Made by a program: the position numbers and the translations under genes. A model generated the notes under the pieces. The model was not told the DNA's origin and searched no databases. It worked only from the letters and a program-made list of their open reading frames with translations. This document shows, piece by piece, positions 22,129 through 33,355 of a stretch of 64,000 nucleotides of DNA. Numbering within the stretch: position 1 is the stretch's first letter; each line of letters begins with the position of its first letter. The stretch comes from Opitutales bacterium. GTDB taxonomy: Bacteria > Verrucomicrobiota > Verrucomicrobiia > Opitutales > UBA2987. The stretch is from positions 224,001-288,000 of the forward strand of contig CBDDEL010000013.1 of the NCBI GenBank assembly GCA_965226885.1. Direction: 5' to 3'.

Positions 22129-23602
22129 CCCGGATATTTCGTAAAAAAAGTATCGTTGATATGCTTAACTGCTGATATACAGCAGGATAGATCAATAATT
22201 AAAGCAATATCAGCGATGACAAAAGGTAAACAATTAAAGCTACAGTTGACAAGGGTAAAAGGCCGCCGTGTGCGGGTTGATTTCAAGGGCGGAGAGGTTA
22301 CTTCGGATGCCGGACTGCTTTTGATCCGGGAAGTGGATCGGCAGTTGGGCTTGACCGAACGAGCGGCCCGACAGTTAGTGGACAAACGGCAGAAGGGCAA
22401 AGTACGCCATGAGGTATTGGGGATGCTGCGGCAGCGCGTTTACGGGCTGGTGGCGGGCTATGAGGATTTGAACGACTTTGATACCCTGCGCCACGATCCA
22501 TTGTTGCAAACGGTAACGGGGCGCATTGAAACGTTGGCCAGCGCGCCGACTTTGTGTCGTTTTGAAAACGGGCAGGATCGGCGGGCGGCCTTTGCGGTAA
22601 ACGAGCTGTTGGTCGAACAGTTCATGGGCTCCTTTGCCGAGGAACCCGAAGAGATCATCCTGGACTTTGACGGCACCGACAATCCGGTGCACGGGCTCCA
22701 GGAGGGACGTTTTTTCCACGGTTATTATGATCATTACTGTTTTCTGCCGCTATATGTTTTTTGCGGTGATCAGCTGCTGGTGGCCTACCTGCGGCCGAGC
22801 AAGATCGATGCCAGCAAGCATGCCGGGGCCATCCTCAAATTGCTGGTTAAACGGATTCGCCAAAGCTGGCCCCGTACGCGGATTATTTGGCGCGCCGACA
22901 GTGGATTTTGTCGAGACCGGATACTCTCTTGGTGCGACCGCAACGAAGTTAGTTACATCGTGGGGATGGCTCGCAATGCACGCTTGCAGCAAGACGCCCA
23001 GCAGTTGCAAAAGCAGGCCAAAGAATGGTTCGAACTAAGGGGTAAAAAACAACGGTTATTCCAGGACTTCGTCTATGCTGCCGATTCGTGGCGATGGCTG
23101 CGGTTGGTCATCCATAAAGCCGAACACACCGCACAGGGGTCCAACCCGCGCTTCGTGGTGACGAACCTGCCGGGCGATCCCCAGGAGCTTTACGACAAGG
23201 TATACTGTGGCCGCGGTGAAATGGAGAACCGAATCAAGGAACAGATGCAATTGTTCAGCGAGCGCACCAGCGCCCATCAATGGTGGGCCAATCAGTGCCG
23301 ATTGCTCTTGTCGGCGCTGGCCTACACCTTGATGGAAGCCATGCGCCGGTTAGCCTTAAAAGGGACGAAGTGGGCGCGGGCCCAATGCCACACCCTGCGG
23401 CTCAAATTAATCAAGATCGGAGCGGTCATCGTGCGCAACACCCGAACGATTCACTTTCACCTAAGTGAGAGTTATCCTTGGGCCAGTCTTTTCAACCATG
23501 CGGCCCGCCGATTGGTGCCAACCTAAAGGGTGCATTGGTGCTGCCCCCGGCACTACCGAACCAATGGGGGAAAGGGGGCAGTGTCTCTACACCCTGAAAA
23601 AC
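22129..23602 (+). mobile_element. IS1380-family element, copy 3, right end missing
   Basis: Left IR and full 456-aa ORF 22156-23526; sequence switches to the IS3 left end after CCCTGAAAAAC. Confidence 0.95.
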
Positions 23603-24927
23603 TGATGTGCACTGGAAAAAGTGGACACGAGATTCTCCTAAATGGAGAATCGAAGCATGGGAAGAAGACGCAGTATAGAGTTCAAAAATGAGGCAGTTCA
23701 ACTGATGATACTCGATGGTCTGAGCGCCACCGAGGTATCGACCAAACTTGGGGTCAACACCAACCAATTGTATAGGTGGAAGAGGCTCTATCTGGACGAT
23801 CAGCAGGGCGAAGCCACCTCAAAGCGACAGAGCAGTCCGAAGGAGATGGCGGCCGAGATAGATCGTCTTCGCAAAGAGCTGCGCCGCTCGGAGCGGATCA
23901 ACCAGATACTAAAAAAAACGGTGGGCTACTTTGCCAAGGACGAACAATGAAGTACCAGTTTGTCAAAGACAACGAGGGGCGCTTCAAGATCGAGGAAATA
24001 TGCTCGGCGATGGGGATTTGTCGCAGTGGCTATTACTGCTGGAGGCCCCGAGCGCCCTCGGCCCGGCGGATCGAGGACGAGGGAATCAAGGGGGCGATCC
24101 TGAAGGTACACAAAGAGGCCAAGGGCCGCTATGGGCATCGGCCAATGCACCGCCATCTGAAGGATGATGAGGGCATCGATTGCGGCCGTGACCGGGCTCT
24201 GCGTCTGATGCGTGAAATGGGAATCAAAAGCACCCAGAGTAAACGCTTTAAGCCATTAAAAACCAACAGTAACCATCCCTATGGTTACAGCCCCAATGTG
24301 CTTAAAAAGCATGGCCAGCCGACCCATATCGACGAGGTCTGGGTGGCGGACACGACCTACCTACGGACCCTGGCCGGTTGGATGTACTTGGCCACGGTGA
24401 TGGACCTGTTCAGCCGACGCCTGCTGGGCTGGAGCGTTTCCAACCACAACGACGCGAAGCTGGTTGGCAAGGCCCTCAAAGCCGCGGCCATGACCCGCGG
24501 CACACTGCGCACCGGGATTATTCATCACAGCGATCGGGGCAGCCCCTACGCCAGCGACGACTATCAGAGGCTGGTCTCTGAACTAGGCATGAAGCCGAGC
24601 ATGAGCGCCCAAGGCAACTGCTACGACAACGCGGCCATGGAATCGTTCTACGGCCGCTTCAAGACCAGCACGATTCGAGGCCGCCACTTTGCCGACGAGC
24701 GCGAACTGCGATCAACTGTCTTCGAATACGTGGAAATCTTCTACAACCGATATCGCAAACATTCCTCTCTGAGTTACCAAAGCCCAGTCCAATTCGAGGA
24801 AAATATTTGCCCCCCATGGGGGGCAACGAGAAAACAAAACCCTTTACCAAAACAAGCCGCCTGACACACTAATCAATAAACAATGAATATAAGAGAATCC
24901 CGTGTCCAACAAATCCAGTACACGTCA
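23603..24927 (+). mobile_element. IS3-family element, copy 1
   Basis: TG...CA ends (TGATGTGCACTGG.../...CCAGTACACGTCA); OrfA 23642-23950 (HTH); OrfB integrase core (WVADTTY, HSDRGS, DNAAMES) to 24864; no TSD. Confidence 0.95.
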
Positions 24928-26204
24928 TAGCCGAATAACATGGAGGTGTGGGAATTAATTGAATAGGTGGCCTTAATATCCATTTCGCTTCCGATTTCTT
25001 TATCGGTTCCTGCCGTTCCCGCGCGGACAACGCCTCCGCCCGTGTTGTAGAAGGCGTCTGTGGCTTCCGCCCTGCGGAAAAAATGATGGGCTAGCTTGCA
25101 ACCCATCTTTTTGGCCGGTTTGAGGTCTAGTCCCAGGCTGAAATCGATGATATTCTGCCGGCCCACAATATCGATGTATCCCATATAAGCGTGGCCCAGG
25201 GGAAAAAGCTGGTCGAAGGTTTCCAATTTGTCATCAGCGGGGTTGCCATCGCCGCTCCCGTAATCGAAACCCAGCCAAAGGCGCGGCTTCCATTGGTTTT
25301 CCGTCTAGGCATACCCGAATTGGCTCCCCACCATAAAGGCCTCGACATCGGAAGCGCCCATTTCGCCGAATTGGTAAGCGGCCTCCACATCGTAATCGAA
25401 TCCCGTTGAGGATTTGCCAAAGGCGCGCCCCCCGATGGTATGGCGGATGCTGTCTAAATTGTCCCGTTCGCGTCCCAGGTAATAGATATCCAGGGATTTT
25501 TTAAAAGTGCCGTAAATCCCATATAGGATGTTGTTGTCGTCGTTTTTGTTGAAATCGTATTTATCCACCGGAACGAATTTCGAGGCGAATGCATGAATTT
25601 CCCAGTTTTCAGTGGAAAGAATCGCGCTAACGGCATCCCACCGGCGCATCGTGTTAGCCCAGGGCAGGGGACTGATCAGCCGTTGTTTTCCGAACAAAAA
25701 CTCCTGCCGCCCCATTCGCAGTGTCAGGTTGGCATCATCCAGGGGAAATTTGAAATCGATGAAAGCGTTCAGCAGGTCGACGGAATCCACATTGAGCCCT
25801 CTTCGGCCTCCCGGCAGGTCGCGATTGGTGGAGAGAGCGTTGATGAACTCGCCGAATATGCGCACATTGGGTCCTAAATGCAGGTTTCCATGCAGAAAAA
25901 TCCGGTGCAAATCGAATAAATCGTCGTTGTTGTCGCCAAAGGCGAATCCAGACCAGGCCTCAATCCGTTCCCGTAATTGACCTCCGTTGCTCAACCAGGC
26001 GTTTCCATCGTTGCCCAGCTCAATATATTTGATGCCGTCAAAGGAGTCCGCCTTGTCATCCTCGGCCAACTTGGACCAGTTCTCGTTGTATCTGAGAACC
26101 TGGTATTTTGGGCGCTCGGCCAACGACTGGGGGTTGCACAGAAGGCACGAAAAGAGGACCGCGATTGCTCTAGCGGCCACCAAAGAGAGGTTGTTTTTAA
26201 TCAT
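24928..26204 (-). pseudogene. Alginate-export-family outer-membrane beta-barrel with a nonsense codon and 3' truncation
   Basis: Signal peptide, RYNENWS, LRMGRQEFLFGKQRLISPLPWAN, TFDQLFPLGH. In-frame TAG at 25305-25307, same frame continues, and the end is removed at the IS3 boundary. Confidence 0.85.
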
Positions 26205-26355
26205 TTTCTGCGGTTGGATAACAATTAGCTGATTACTGCATATTGTACCAATATTGGCAGAATTAAAGGGAATCGCCCAATTATAAGCAAAACCGATAGA
26301 TATAAGAAAAAATCCTCATCTTCAGGATTTTGTTGGGCAGAAAACGGCGCCTTCG

Positions 26356-27360
26356 CTATTTCTCGACCTCGAATACTTTCGTCTGAGGATGGAAGGCCGA
26401 CCAGCTATGGTAAAAAGTCTGCAAGGCTCGCGTCCCGGCGGGGGCGGATTGTAGCATTACCCCAGCTTCATCCGCGGTAACGATTGCCAGCCCCTCGGGA
26501 GTTTCAATTTTTACCGGTCCTTTGCGGGCTAACTCAGCCGTGACAAAGGCGGCGAAACTGCCAACCTTTAAGCCGAGCCCCAGCGTTTTGGGCGGCAAAT
26601 CTTTTTTGAACCCGAAATCGTGGCCGCGGAAAACTCTCTCGCTGGTCAAATAATCCGCGTAGGGATTCCTCTCATAAGGCTCATCAAAACCTGTATCGGT
26701 GCTCAGGACCTCGCCTTCTGGGTATTTTTCCCGAAATGCGCCGAATTTCATTATCCGGACCGGAAGGTAGTTCAAGGATTCTCCGGCGAATTTTCCCGTA
26801 AAGGCTTTTAAATAAACCTGCGACCACAAGCCCATCGAAGTTTGGTCGTATAAAACCATGTTCGAGTTGTAGAGAAACCCCGAAATACCGAACTCCAGCA
26901 CGATCTCCTCTCCGGGGCCGGATTCGCTGCCAATTTTCAAACGCCTGTCCATAACAGCCACCGAATCGCACAGCGGGCAGTAGGTTACGGCAACGGCAAC
27001 GCCGCCCACAGTGTCATTGGCCACTTCGTGAAAATTGAGGATACCGAGAGGGTAGGCCACAGCCTCACCGTCGAAATCCACTACCGCCACGCGCTCCCCG
27101 GGCTGGGGATAGCTGGCCGCGCGCGCCTTTATCCGCTTGGGATTAGTCAGGAAATGAATGCCATCCTTGGGCACGCCGGGTGCCAGCATCTCATCCAAAT
27201 CGATCTGTGGGTTCGATAAATCGTATAGTTTAACAAGATCTTCTTTCGTAACGCGGTCCCTGCGATCGGTATCGGCCGCCGCCAAGGCAGTCAGGAATCC
27301 TGCCAAAAGCATGACCAAAGTCCGATTTCGGGTTCCTGGAATATATAGTCTGTTGGTCAT
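26356..27360 (-). CDS. DUF3179-family exported protein
   Basis: GVPKDGI, AYPLGILNFHEVAND, VTYCPLC, FGISGFLYNSNMVLYD...LWSQ, WSAFHP. Confidence 0.85.
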   Translation of the reverse strand: MTNRLYIPGTRNRTLVMLLAGFLTALAAADTDRRDRVTKEDLVKLYDLSNPQIDLDEMLAPGVPKDGIHFLTNPKRIKARAASYPQPGERVAVVDFDGEAVAYPLGILNFHEVANDTVGGVAVAVTYCPLCDSVAVMDRRLKIGSESGPGEEIVLEFGISGFLYNSNMVLYDQTSMGLWSQVYLKAFTGKFAGESLNYLPVRIMKFGAFREKYPEGEVLSTDTGFDEPYERNPYADYLTSERVFRGHDFGFKKDLPPKTLGLGLKVGSFAAFVTAELARKGPVKIETPEGLAIVTADEAGVMLQSAPAGTRALQTFYHSWSAFHPQTKVFEVEK

Positions 27361-27518
27361 TCTATTTAATTGTATTTCAATACAGTCGCTGAATATGAGG
27401 TTGCAGGACGCTCAAATATTTCAGCCACGGATTATACGCATAAATGTAAACGCCGGGGAAAAACCGGTACGGTAAAGAGGGCGCTTTAAAACCGGTACGC
27501 TTATCCTAGAAAGGAGGA

Positions 27519-29024
27519 GTGTATCGAGATATGAAGCAATGGACAAGAGTGCGGCACAAAGTGCTGCGGGACAAGCAGAGCAAGCGCTCTGTAATGCGAG
27601 AAGAGGGACTGCACTGGGAGACCCTGGGAAAGATGCTGGCCTATTCCCAGCCGCCGGGATACCGGCGCAAGAAGAGGCGAGAGCGCAAGATCGATCCGTA
27701 TGTGGGCTGGATCGAGGAGGTGCTCAAAGCGGACCGGAACGTGCCCAAGAAGCAGCGCCATACGGCCAAACGGATCTACCAGCGTTTGGGTCGGGAGAAG
27801 GGCTACCAAGGGGGCTACACGGCGGTCAAGGAGGTGGTGGCCGAGCTGCGAGCGAGGCGGCGGGAAGTGTTCGTGCCGCTGGAGCACCGCCCCGGGGAGG
27901 GACAGGTGGACTTCGGTCATGCCCTGGTGAAGGAGGCGGGGCAATTGCGTAGGCGGCCATTTTTTGCCATGAGCCTGCCCTACAGCGATGCCTTTTTCGT
28001 GCAGGTGTTCGAACGGGAGTGCACGGAGAGCTTCTGGGAGGGGCCCCTGCGAGCTTTTGAGTTTTTCGGGGCGGTGCCCCGGCGCATCAGCTATGACAAC
28101 TCGAAGGTGGCGGTGGGTAAGATTATCGGTTCGCGTGAACGCAAGCTGACCGACGGGTTTCTGCAGCTACAGAGCCATTACCTGTTCGAGGAACACTTCT
28201 GTCTGCCCGCCCGGCCCAACGAGAAGGGCGTGGTCGAGGGGATCGTGCGTTATGCCCGGGCCAACTTCCTGGTACCGGTACCGCAGGTTCGGGACCTGGA
28301 GGAACTCAACGCAAAGCTGTTGGAGGCATGTGAGCGGGACATGGAGCGTAAATTACGCGGGAAAAGGGCGGTGAAAAAGGAACTGCTGGCCGAGGAGCGC
28401 GCCGTCATGCTGGCGTTGCCGCCCATACCCTTTGAAGCGAGCCGCAAACGCTCGACCTGCGTCAGCAGCCTCTCGCTGGTGCGCTTCGAGTGCAATGACT
28501 ATTCGGTGCCGGTGCGCTGCGCCCACCATCCGGTGGTGGTGGAAGGGTCCTGTCGGCAGGTGGTGATCTTCTGTGGGGGCCAAGAGGTGGCCCGGCACCG
28601 CCGCATTTGGGATAAAGAGCAAGTCTCTTTCGAGCCGGTGCACTACCTGGCTTTGCTGGAGAAAAAACCGGGCGCTTTGGACTTCGCCCGCCCACTCTCG
28701 GGCTGGCAGTTGCCGCAGTGCCTGCAGGTCCTCAGACGCCGGCTCGAAAGCCAATGCGGGGGCGAAGGCACCCGGGAGTATATCCGGGTGCTGCGGCTGT
28801 TGGAGAAACACCCCATGGCGGCCTTGCAGCAGGCCGTCGTCTCGGCCCTGCGGGTGGGGGGACTGACTCGTGAGGCCATCGCCCAGTATCTCTATCCTCA
28901 GGAAGACTACGGGAGCAGAACCTTCCGGCTGGACGGCCATCCACACCTGCGTCACGTCCGTGTGGCCGCCCCTGACCTCGGTGCCTACAGCGAACTGCTC
29001 AAGATTCCAGGAGGGGCTTTATGA
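27519..29024 (+). CDS. istA: IS21 transposase
   Basis: QVDFG, SYDN, NEKGVVE DDE motifs. Confidence 0.93.
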   Translation: MYRDMKQWTRVRHKVLRDKQSKRSVMREEGLHWETLGKMLAYSQPPGYRRKKRRERKIDPYVGWIEEVLKADRNVPKKQRHTAKRIYQRLGREKGYQGGYTAVKEVVAELRARRREVFVPLEHRPGEGQVDFGHALVKEAGQLRRRPFFAMSLPYSDAFFVQVFERECTESFWEGPLRAFEFFGAVPRRISYDNSKVAVGKIIGSRERKLTDGFLQLQSHYLFEEHFCLPARPNEKGVVEGIVRYARANFLVPVPQVRDLEELNAKLLEACERDMERKLRGKRAVKKELLAEERAVMLALPPIPFEASRKRSTCVSSLSLVRFECNDYSVPVRCAHHPVVVEGSCRQVVIFCGGQEVARHRRIWDKEQVSFEPVHYLALLEKKPGALDFARPLSGWQLPQCLQVLRRRLESQCGGEGTREYIRVLRLLEKHPMAALQQAVVSALRVGGLTREAIAQYLYPQEDYGSRTFRLDGHPHLRHVRVAAPDLGAYSELLKIPGGAL

Positions 29025-29788
29025 AGGAAGAAAAAAACCAGCTGCTGTTACACCATCACCTCAAGAAACTGAAGTTGCCCACCATCCTGCGCGAATGGCC
29101 GGCGGTGGCCGCGGCTTGTTCCCGGGACCGGCTCGATTACGCCGCCTTTTTGTTGCATCTGGTCGAACGGGAGCTCATTGAACGCGAACAGCGGGCCGCC
29201 CAGCGGCGGATCAAAAACGCCCGTTTCCCCGTGCTCAAGACCCTCGAGAGCTTCGCCTTTGAAGCGCAGCCCTCGATCAACGAAGCGCTCATCCGAGAGC
29301 TCATGCGCGGGGAGTATGTCGACCAGCGCGAAAACGTGCTGCTCCTCGGTAACGCCGGTACCGGTAAAACGCACCTGGCCACCGCCCTGGGCTTTGCCGC
29401 CTGTGCCCAGGGCCGGCGGATCCGTTTCTTCGGGGTCACCGCCCTGGTTACCCATATGCTCGAGCAACGCGACAACCACGACCTGCAGCGCTTCATGAAG
29501 CAACTCGAAAGGCTCGACCTACTCATCCTCGACGAACTCGGTTACGTCCCTTTTTCCAAGACCGGTTCCGAACTGCTCTTCGACGTGGTCAGCCGCGCTT
29601 ACGAGCGCACCAGTCTCATCGTCACCACCAACCTGCCCTTTGAGAACTGGATCGAAGTGCTCGGTTCCGAACGGCTCACCGGAGCTCTGCTGGACCGACT
29701 CACCCATCGGGTGCATATCCTCGAAGCCAACGGGCAAAGCTACCGCTTGCGCGATGCTCGACGCCGTCGCCGTGGCACAAAACAATAA
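29021..29788 (+). CDS. istB: IS21 helper AAA+ ATPase
   Basis: Walker A GNAGTGKT, Walker B LILDELGY, LLDRLTH. Confidence 0.96.
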   Translation: MKEEKNQLLLHHHLKKLKLPTILREWPAVAAACSRDRLDYAAFLLHLVERELIEREQRAAQRRIKNARFPVLKTLESFAFEAQPSINEALIRELMRGEYVDQRENVLLLGNAGTGKTHLATALGFAACAQGRRIRFFGVTALVTHMLEQRDNHDLQRFMKQLERLDLLILDELGYVPFSKTGSELLFDVVSRAYERTSLIVTTNLPFENWIEVLGSERLTGALLDRLTHRVHILEANGQSYRLRDARRRRRGTKQ

Positions 29789-30377
29789 ACGCCTTGGGCC
29801 CGGCTCGTCGGCCTCCGGCCTCCTCACCGACCCCAAGCCAATCCCCAAAACCAACTCCCAAACCCTAAACCTTGACGTACCTGCAATTACTAACCTAAAC
29901 CTTATTCCAAGCGTACCGGTTTTACCCCGACCCCCGTACCGGTTTCATCCCGGCGTTTACACATAAACACGGATGATCTATTAAACACCACGCCAAAGGT
30001 GCTTTCTTTATCTACGTTCATCAGTGGTTCAACAAAGCATTCGGAATTAAGTCGGTTTTTCATAATAGTGAACAATAGAACACATATTGAAGCAATCCGC
30101 AAGCTTTTTTTTCATAAAAATGCAGTTTAATAATTCCTCAAAACTAGCCTTGGACATCAAGAGGTTAGCGGCAGTCCAAACGTTTCAATAATCATAATCA
30201 CAATTCATAGCCAAAAAAATTTTCTTTCTTCTGCATCCTTCATCTCTCTTCAACATTCGCGTTCATTGGCATTCATTCGCGGTTAGGATGATGGGTTTGA
30301 CGTCTAATCCGTGGTTCAATTATTTAGCATCGAATTACACCTCGTTAAAATGCGAGAAAACTGTTTGTCTGAAAATT

Positions 30378-31271
30378 ATGAATATCCAACCCCGCCTGGC
30401 TGAATTCAGCAACCAATTCATCCCTCTGGAGGAGATCGAGGCATTTTATACCCTTAAAGGCATCGAGGCGCCCCATGACCGGCCCTACGCCTGGTCCATG
30501 TCCGTTGTCACTCTTGATGGGATAACCTCTTTTCAGGAGAGCGAAGCCCTGGCCGGCGACACCATTGCCTTGACCCATATTAAAAACTCCGGTAGCGAGG
30601 CGGATTGGCGGCTCCTCAACGCCGGTTGGCTCTATGCCGACGCGGTCCTCGGCACGGGCCGCATCATCCGGGCCGAACCGGAAATCAAATGGGTTCCCGT
30701 TTTTCAAGACTTGATCGAATACCGGCAAAAAGTTCACAAAAAACCCGATCCCTTTCCCGCCAATCTAGTTATCACGGCAACCGGCGATTTCGATATGCGG
30801 CACCCCATGTTCAATGACGACCGCTTTCTCACCGTCATCCTGACCACCCGCTCGGGCCGGGAAACCATCCTCAGAAATAACCAGAAGGCAGCATCGGCGG
30901 GCATTCATCCCCTCAAGCGCGGCAACACCCGGCTGCAATCCTTCGGCGGCGAGACACTCAATTACCGGGAAGTCATGCGTTATTTAAGACAGGAAATGGG
31001 CATCCGCTATCTCGACGTCACCGCTGGCGGGAAACTCATTGCGGCCCTGGCCAAAGAAAAACTCCTCGACGAATGCCGCCTCACCTACGCAGGCCACTTT
31101 TCCGGCCCCCAAAATTCCGCCGGCGACCCACGGCCCGGATTATTCAACCTACCACCAGGACAATACTTCACCCCTCAAAACAACCCCCTCATCCAATACA
31201 AAGCCATCCGCCTCTACGGCCAACACCACCTCTTCCTCCGCGCAACCTACCACTACCGCACTAATCTTTAA
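30378..31271 (+). CDS. RibD C-terminal / dihydrofolate-reductase-fold pyrimidine reductase-like protein
   Basis: DRPY..SMSVVTLDG, ADAVLGTG, DVTAGGKL...LLDE pattern; no deaminase domain. Confidence 0.7.
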   Translation: MNIQPRLAEFSNQFIPLEEIEAFYTLKGIEAPHDRPYAWSMSVVTLDGITSFQESEALAGDTIALTHIKNSGSEADWRLLNAGWLYADAVLGTGRIIRAEPEIKWVPVFQDLIEYRQKVHKKPDPFPANLVITATGDFDMRHPMFNDDRFLTVILTTRSGRETILRNNQKAASAGIHPLKRGNTRLQSFGGETLNYREVMRYLRQEMGIRYLDVTAGGKLIAALAKEKLLDECRLTYAGHFSGPQNSAGDPRPGLFNLPPGQYFTPQNNPLIQYKAIRLYGQHHLFLRATYHYRTNL

Positions 31272-31304
31272 AAAAGCTTCTACTTTTTAACGCTAGAAGT
31301 GCTC

Positions 31305-32285
31305 TCAATATTGCAACGGGACTTGGATGCGAAAGGGGTGGGGTGCACCTTGTTTTAGGGGTGGGAGAAAGAGCCAGTCTTTGAGGCCGTCACTTATGCA
31401 GGTGGCCGCTTCTGCATCCATATCCTCCAAGACGAGTTCTACTTTTCGCACTTTACCTGTTTTGTCAATGGTAAGGATGGCCGCTGTGTCGATGGGCCCT
31501 TGCCTCTCATATGGTTCTGGCGGCAGGTAGGGCAGGAATCTCACAAATGGAGTTTGTTTCAATGTATTTTCAGCGTTGTTTTTTAGGTATTCGGAAACGA
31601 GTTGTTTATGATATATTTCTTCCTGTTTGCGGAAATAGGAATAGATTTCCGAACTGAGACTGCTTCGTATTTCGTACCCGTTTGAGTAAAAAATTGGGAT
31701 GAGAATGTAGTCGTCACCGGCTTCAAAAAAATCAGGCATGAAGTTCACATCAATCGTTAAGTCGATATCGTCCCGGTCTTTTAACGATCCCAGTTTTTTG
31801 AATGTAATATTGATGCGCTCGGCAGTGAGTTCGTCCAATTGCATAGCCGAGCTGGGAATACAAATAGCCACCAAATAGACGTTGTCGAGGTTGCCATTGG
31901 CCTTCATTTTGGCCGAATAACTTCCCACTAAACTGGACTTGGAGCCTGAAATAGTTATGGTGGAATCGAGGGAGTAAACCCCGTCATAGGTGCTTACAAA
32001 TTTTGCGTTTGTTATTTCAATAAATCCCGGATTGTAATAATCGCTCCTCTCAATGCTCAAGTGTTTGGGCAGCAGTTTAACGGTCTTTCCCTTATACTTT
32101 GAAAGTGCATACCTGCCCTCCACACCGAATACAGGAATTTTTTCCTTCTTGTGAGTCCCATAGACGGCGGTGGGGAAGACCTTGGTGGACTCCTCGCCAA
32201 AAAGCAGGATCGGTGAAATAAAAATAAGGAAGCTGATAAGAAATTTATTTTTCATCGGAGTTGGGTGTTTATTGATTTTCTGCAA
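31305..32285 (-). CDS. Exported hypothetical protein with a TonB-C-like C-terminal domain
   Basis: Signal peptide MKNKFLISFLIF; C-terminal LTIDKTGKVRKV...WLFLPPLKQGAP...IQVPL. Confidence 0.55.
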   Translation of the reverse strand: MQKINKHPTPMKNKFLISFLIFISPILLFGEESTKVFPTAVYGTHKKEKIPVFGVEGRYALSKYKGKTVKLLPKHLSIERSDYYNPGFIEITNAKFVSTYDGVYSLDSTITISGSKSSLVGSYSAKMKANGNLDNVYLVAICIPSSAMQLDELTAERINITFKKLGSLKDRDDIDLTIDVNFMPDFFEAGDDYILIPIFYSNGYEIRSSLSSEIYSYFRKQEEIYHKQLVSEYLKNNAENTLKQTPFVRFLPYLPPEPYERQGPIDTAAILTIDKTGKVRKVELVLEDMDAEAATCISDGLKDWLFLPPLKQGAPHPFRIQVPLQY

Positions 32286-32455
32286 GCCCGGTTAATAGTT
32301 TCATTAAATTTTAGGTTTTATCAATCCGATCCGGCACGATCCGGCATATATTTCCCTTTTGCCCGTAGAAACGGTTTCAATTTTGTGATGATTCTTGGCA
32401 TCGGGTTTCGGGTTCATTTTTTTGTCTCTATGTTCCCACTCAAAAGTTTTGCCCT

Positions 32456-33298
32456 ATGATCCGCATTTACCGAACAAATGACAAATTTTTTCTGACCCTT
32501 GAAGGCCGCTGGTATAGTTCCTCGGATTTTTCATTCGATACCCTTTTTAAGGAGGACGACCCGGAGGGTTGGCTGATGGAAAGGATAGGGGATTGGCCAA
32601 TGGCGGATAGCGAAATGCCGGCTGCGATTGCCGCTATGGAACTTTCCCCGCCGATGGAAAATCAGGAAATCTGGGCCGCCGGAGTCACCTATTTACGTAG
32701 CCGGGAAGCCAGGGTGGAGGAGTCCCTGAAATCGGGCAGCGACACCTTTTACGACCTCGTTTACGAGGCCGAGCGCCCTGAGATTTTTTTCAAGGGCACG
32801 GCCTCCCGAACGGTCGGCCATTGGCAAAAAGTGGCCATCCGCTCGGACTCGCACTGGAATGTGCCTGAGCCGGAGGTGGCCCTGGCCCTAAACGCTGCCG
32901 GCAAAGTGTTCGGCTACACCATCGGCAACGATATGAGTTCGCGCGACATCGAGGGGGCCAACCCGCTCTACCTGCCACAAGCCAAGGTTTACCGCAAATG
33001 TTGTGCTTTGGGGCCTGGTTTGACCATCATGAAATCTCTCGACCGCGATACCGCCATCGAGCTGATCATCGAACGTGAGAATCAGACTGTTTTCGTTGGA
33101 AAAACGAGCCTTGTCCAGTTGAAGCGATCCTTCGAGGAACTGACCGCCTTTCTTTTTCGAGACAACGTGTTTCCCTGCGGAGCCTACCTGTTGACAGGAG
33201 CCGGAATCGTTCCGGGATCCGATTTTACATTGCAATCGGGCGATAATATCAGCATCCGCATAAGCGGATTGGGAACCCTGGAAAATAAGGTCGAATGA
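32456..33298 (+). CDS. Fumarylacetoacetate-hydrolase-family protein (2-keto-3-deoxy-pentonate dehydratase-like)
   Basis: EIWAAGVTY, RPEIFFK, WNVPEPE, GNDMSSRDIEGANPLYLPQAK. Confidence 0.88.
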   Translation: MIRIYRTNDKFFLTLEGRWYSSSDFSFDTLFKEDDPEGWLMERIGDWPMADSEMPAAIAAMELSPPMENQEIWAAGVTYLRSREARVEESLKSGSDTFYDLVYEAERPEIFFKGTASRTVGHWQKVAIRSDSHWNVPEPEVALALNAAGKVFGYTIGNDMSSRDIEGANPLYLPQAKVYRKCCALGPGLTIMKSLDRDTAIELIIERENQTVFVGKTSLVQLKRSFEELTAFLFRDNVFPCGAYLLTGAGIVPGSDFTLQSGDNISIRISGLGTLENKVE

Positions 33299-33355
33299 TG
33301 GTCGTCTTAAATTTCGCTTATGGATCGTCTGCCTGGACCGCGGGAGCCTTTTTTG

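Larger units (their letters stand above)
27445..29961 (+). mobile_element. IS21-family element (2517 bp)
   Basis: TGTAAACGCCGGG / CCCGGCGTTTACA ends; internal AAACCGGTACG repeats at both ends; 6-bp TSD CATAAA. Confidence 0.96.

Noticed and set aside
21549..22175. 208-aa ORF, and other ORFs ending RIFRKKSIVDMLNC, as novel proteins
   Set aside because: These are chimeras created by IS1 antisense sequence and read-through into the IS1380 left end.
25305..25307. In-frame TAG in the porin gene as pyrrolysine or readthrough
   Set aside because: The gene is also 3'-truncated, no pyl genes are in the window, and a single TGG>TAG change in a decaying genome is simpler.
26356..27360. DUF3179 protein as a selenoprotein
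   Set aside because: The motif is plain CPLC with no in-frame TGA.
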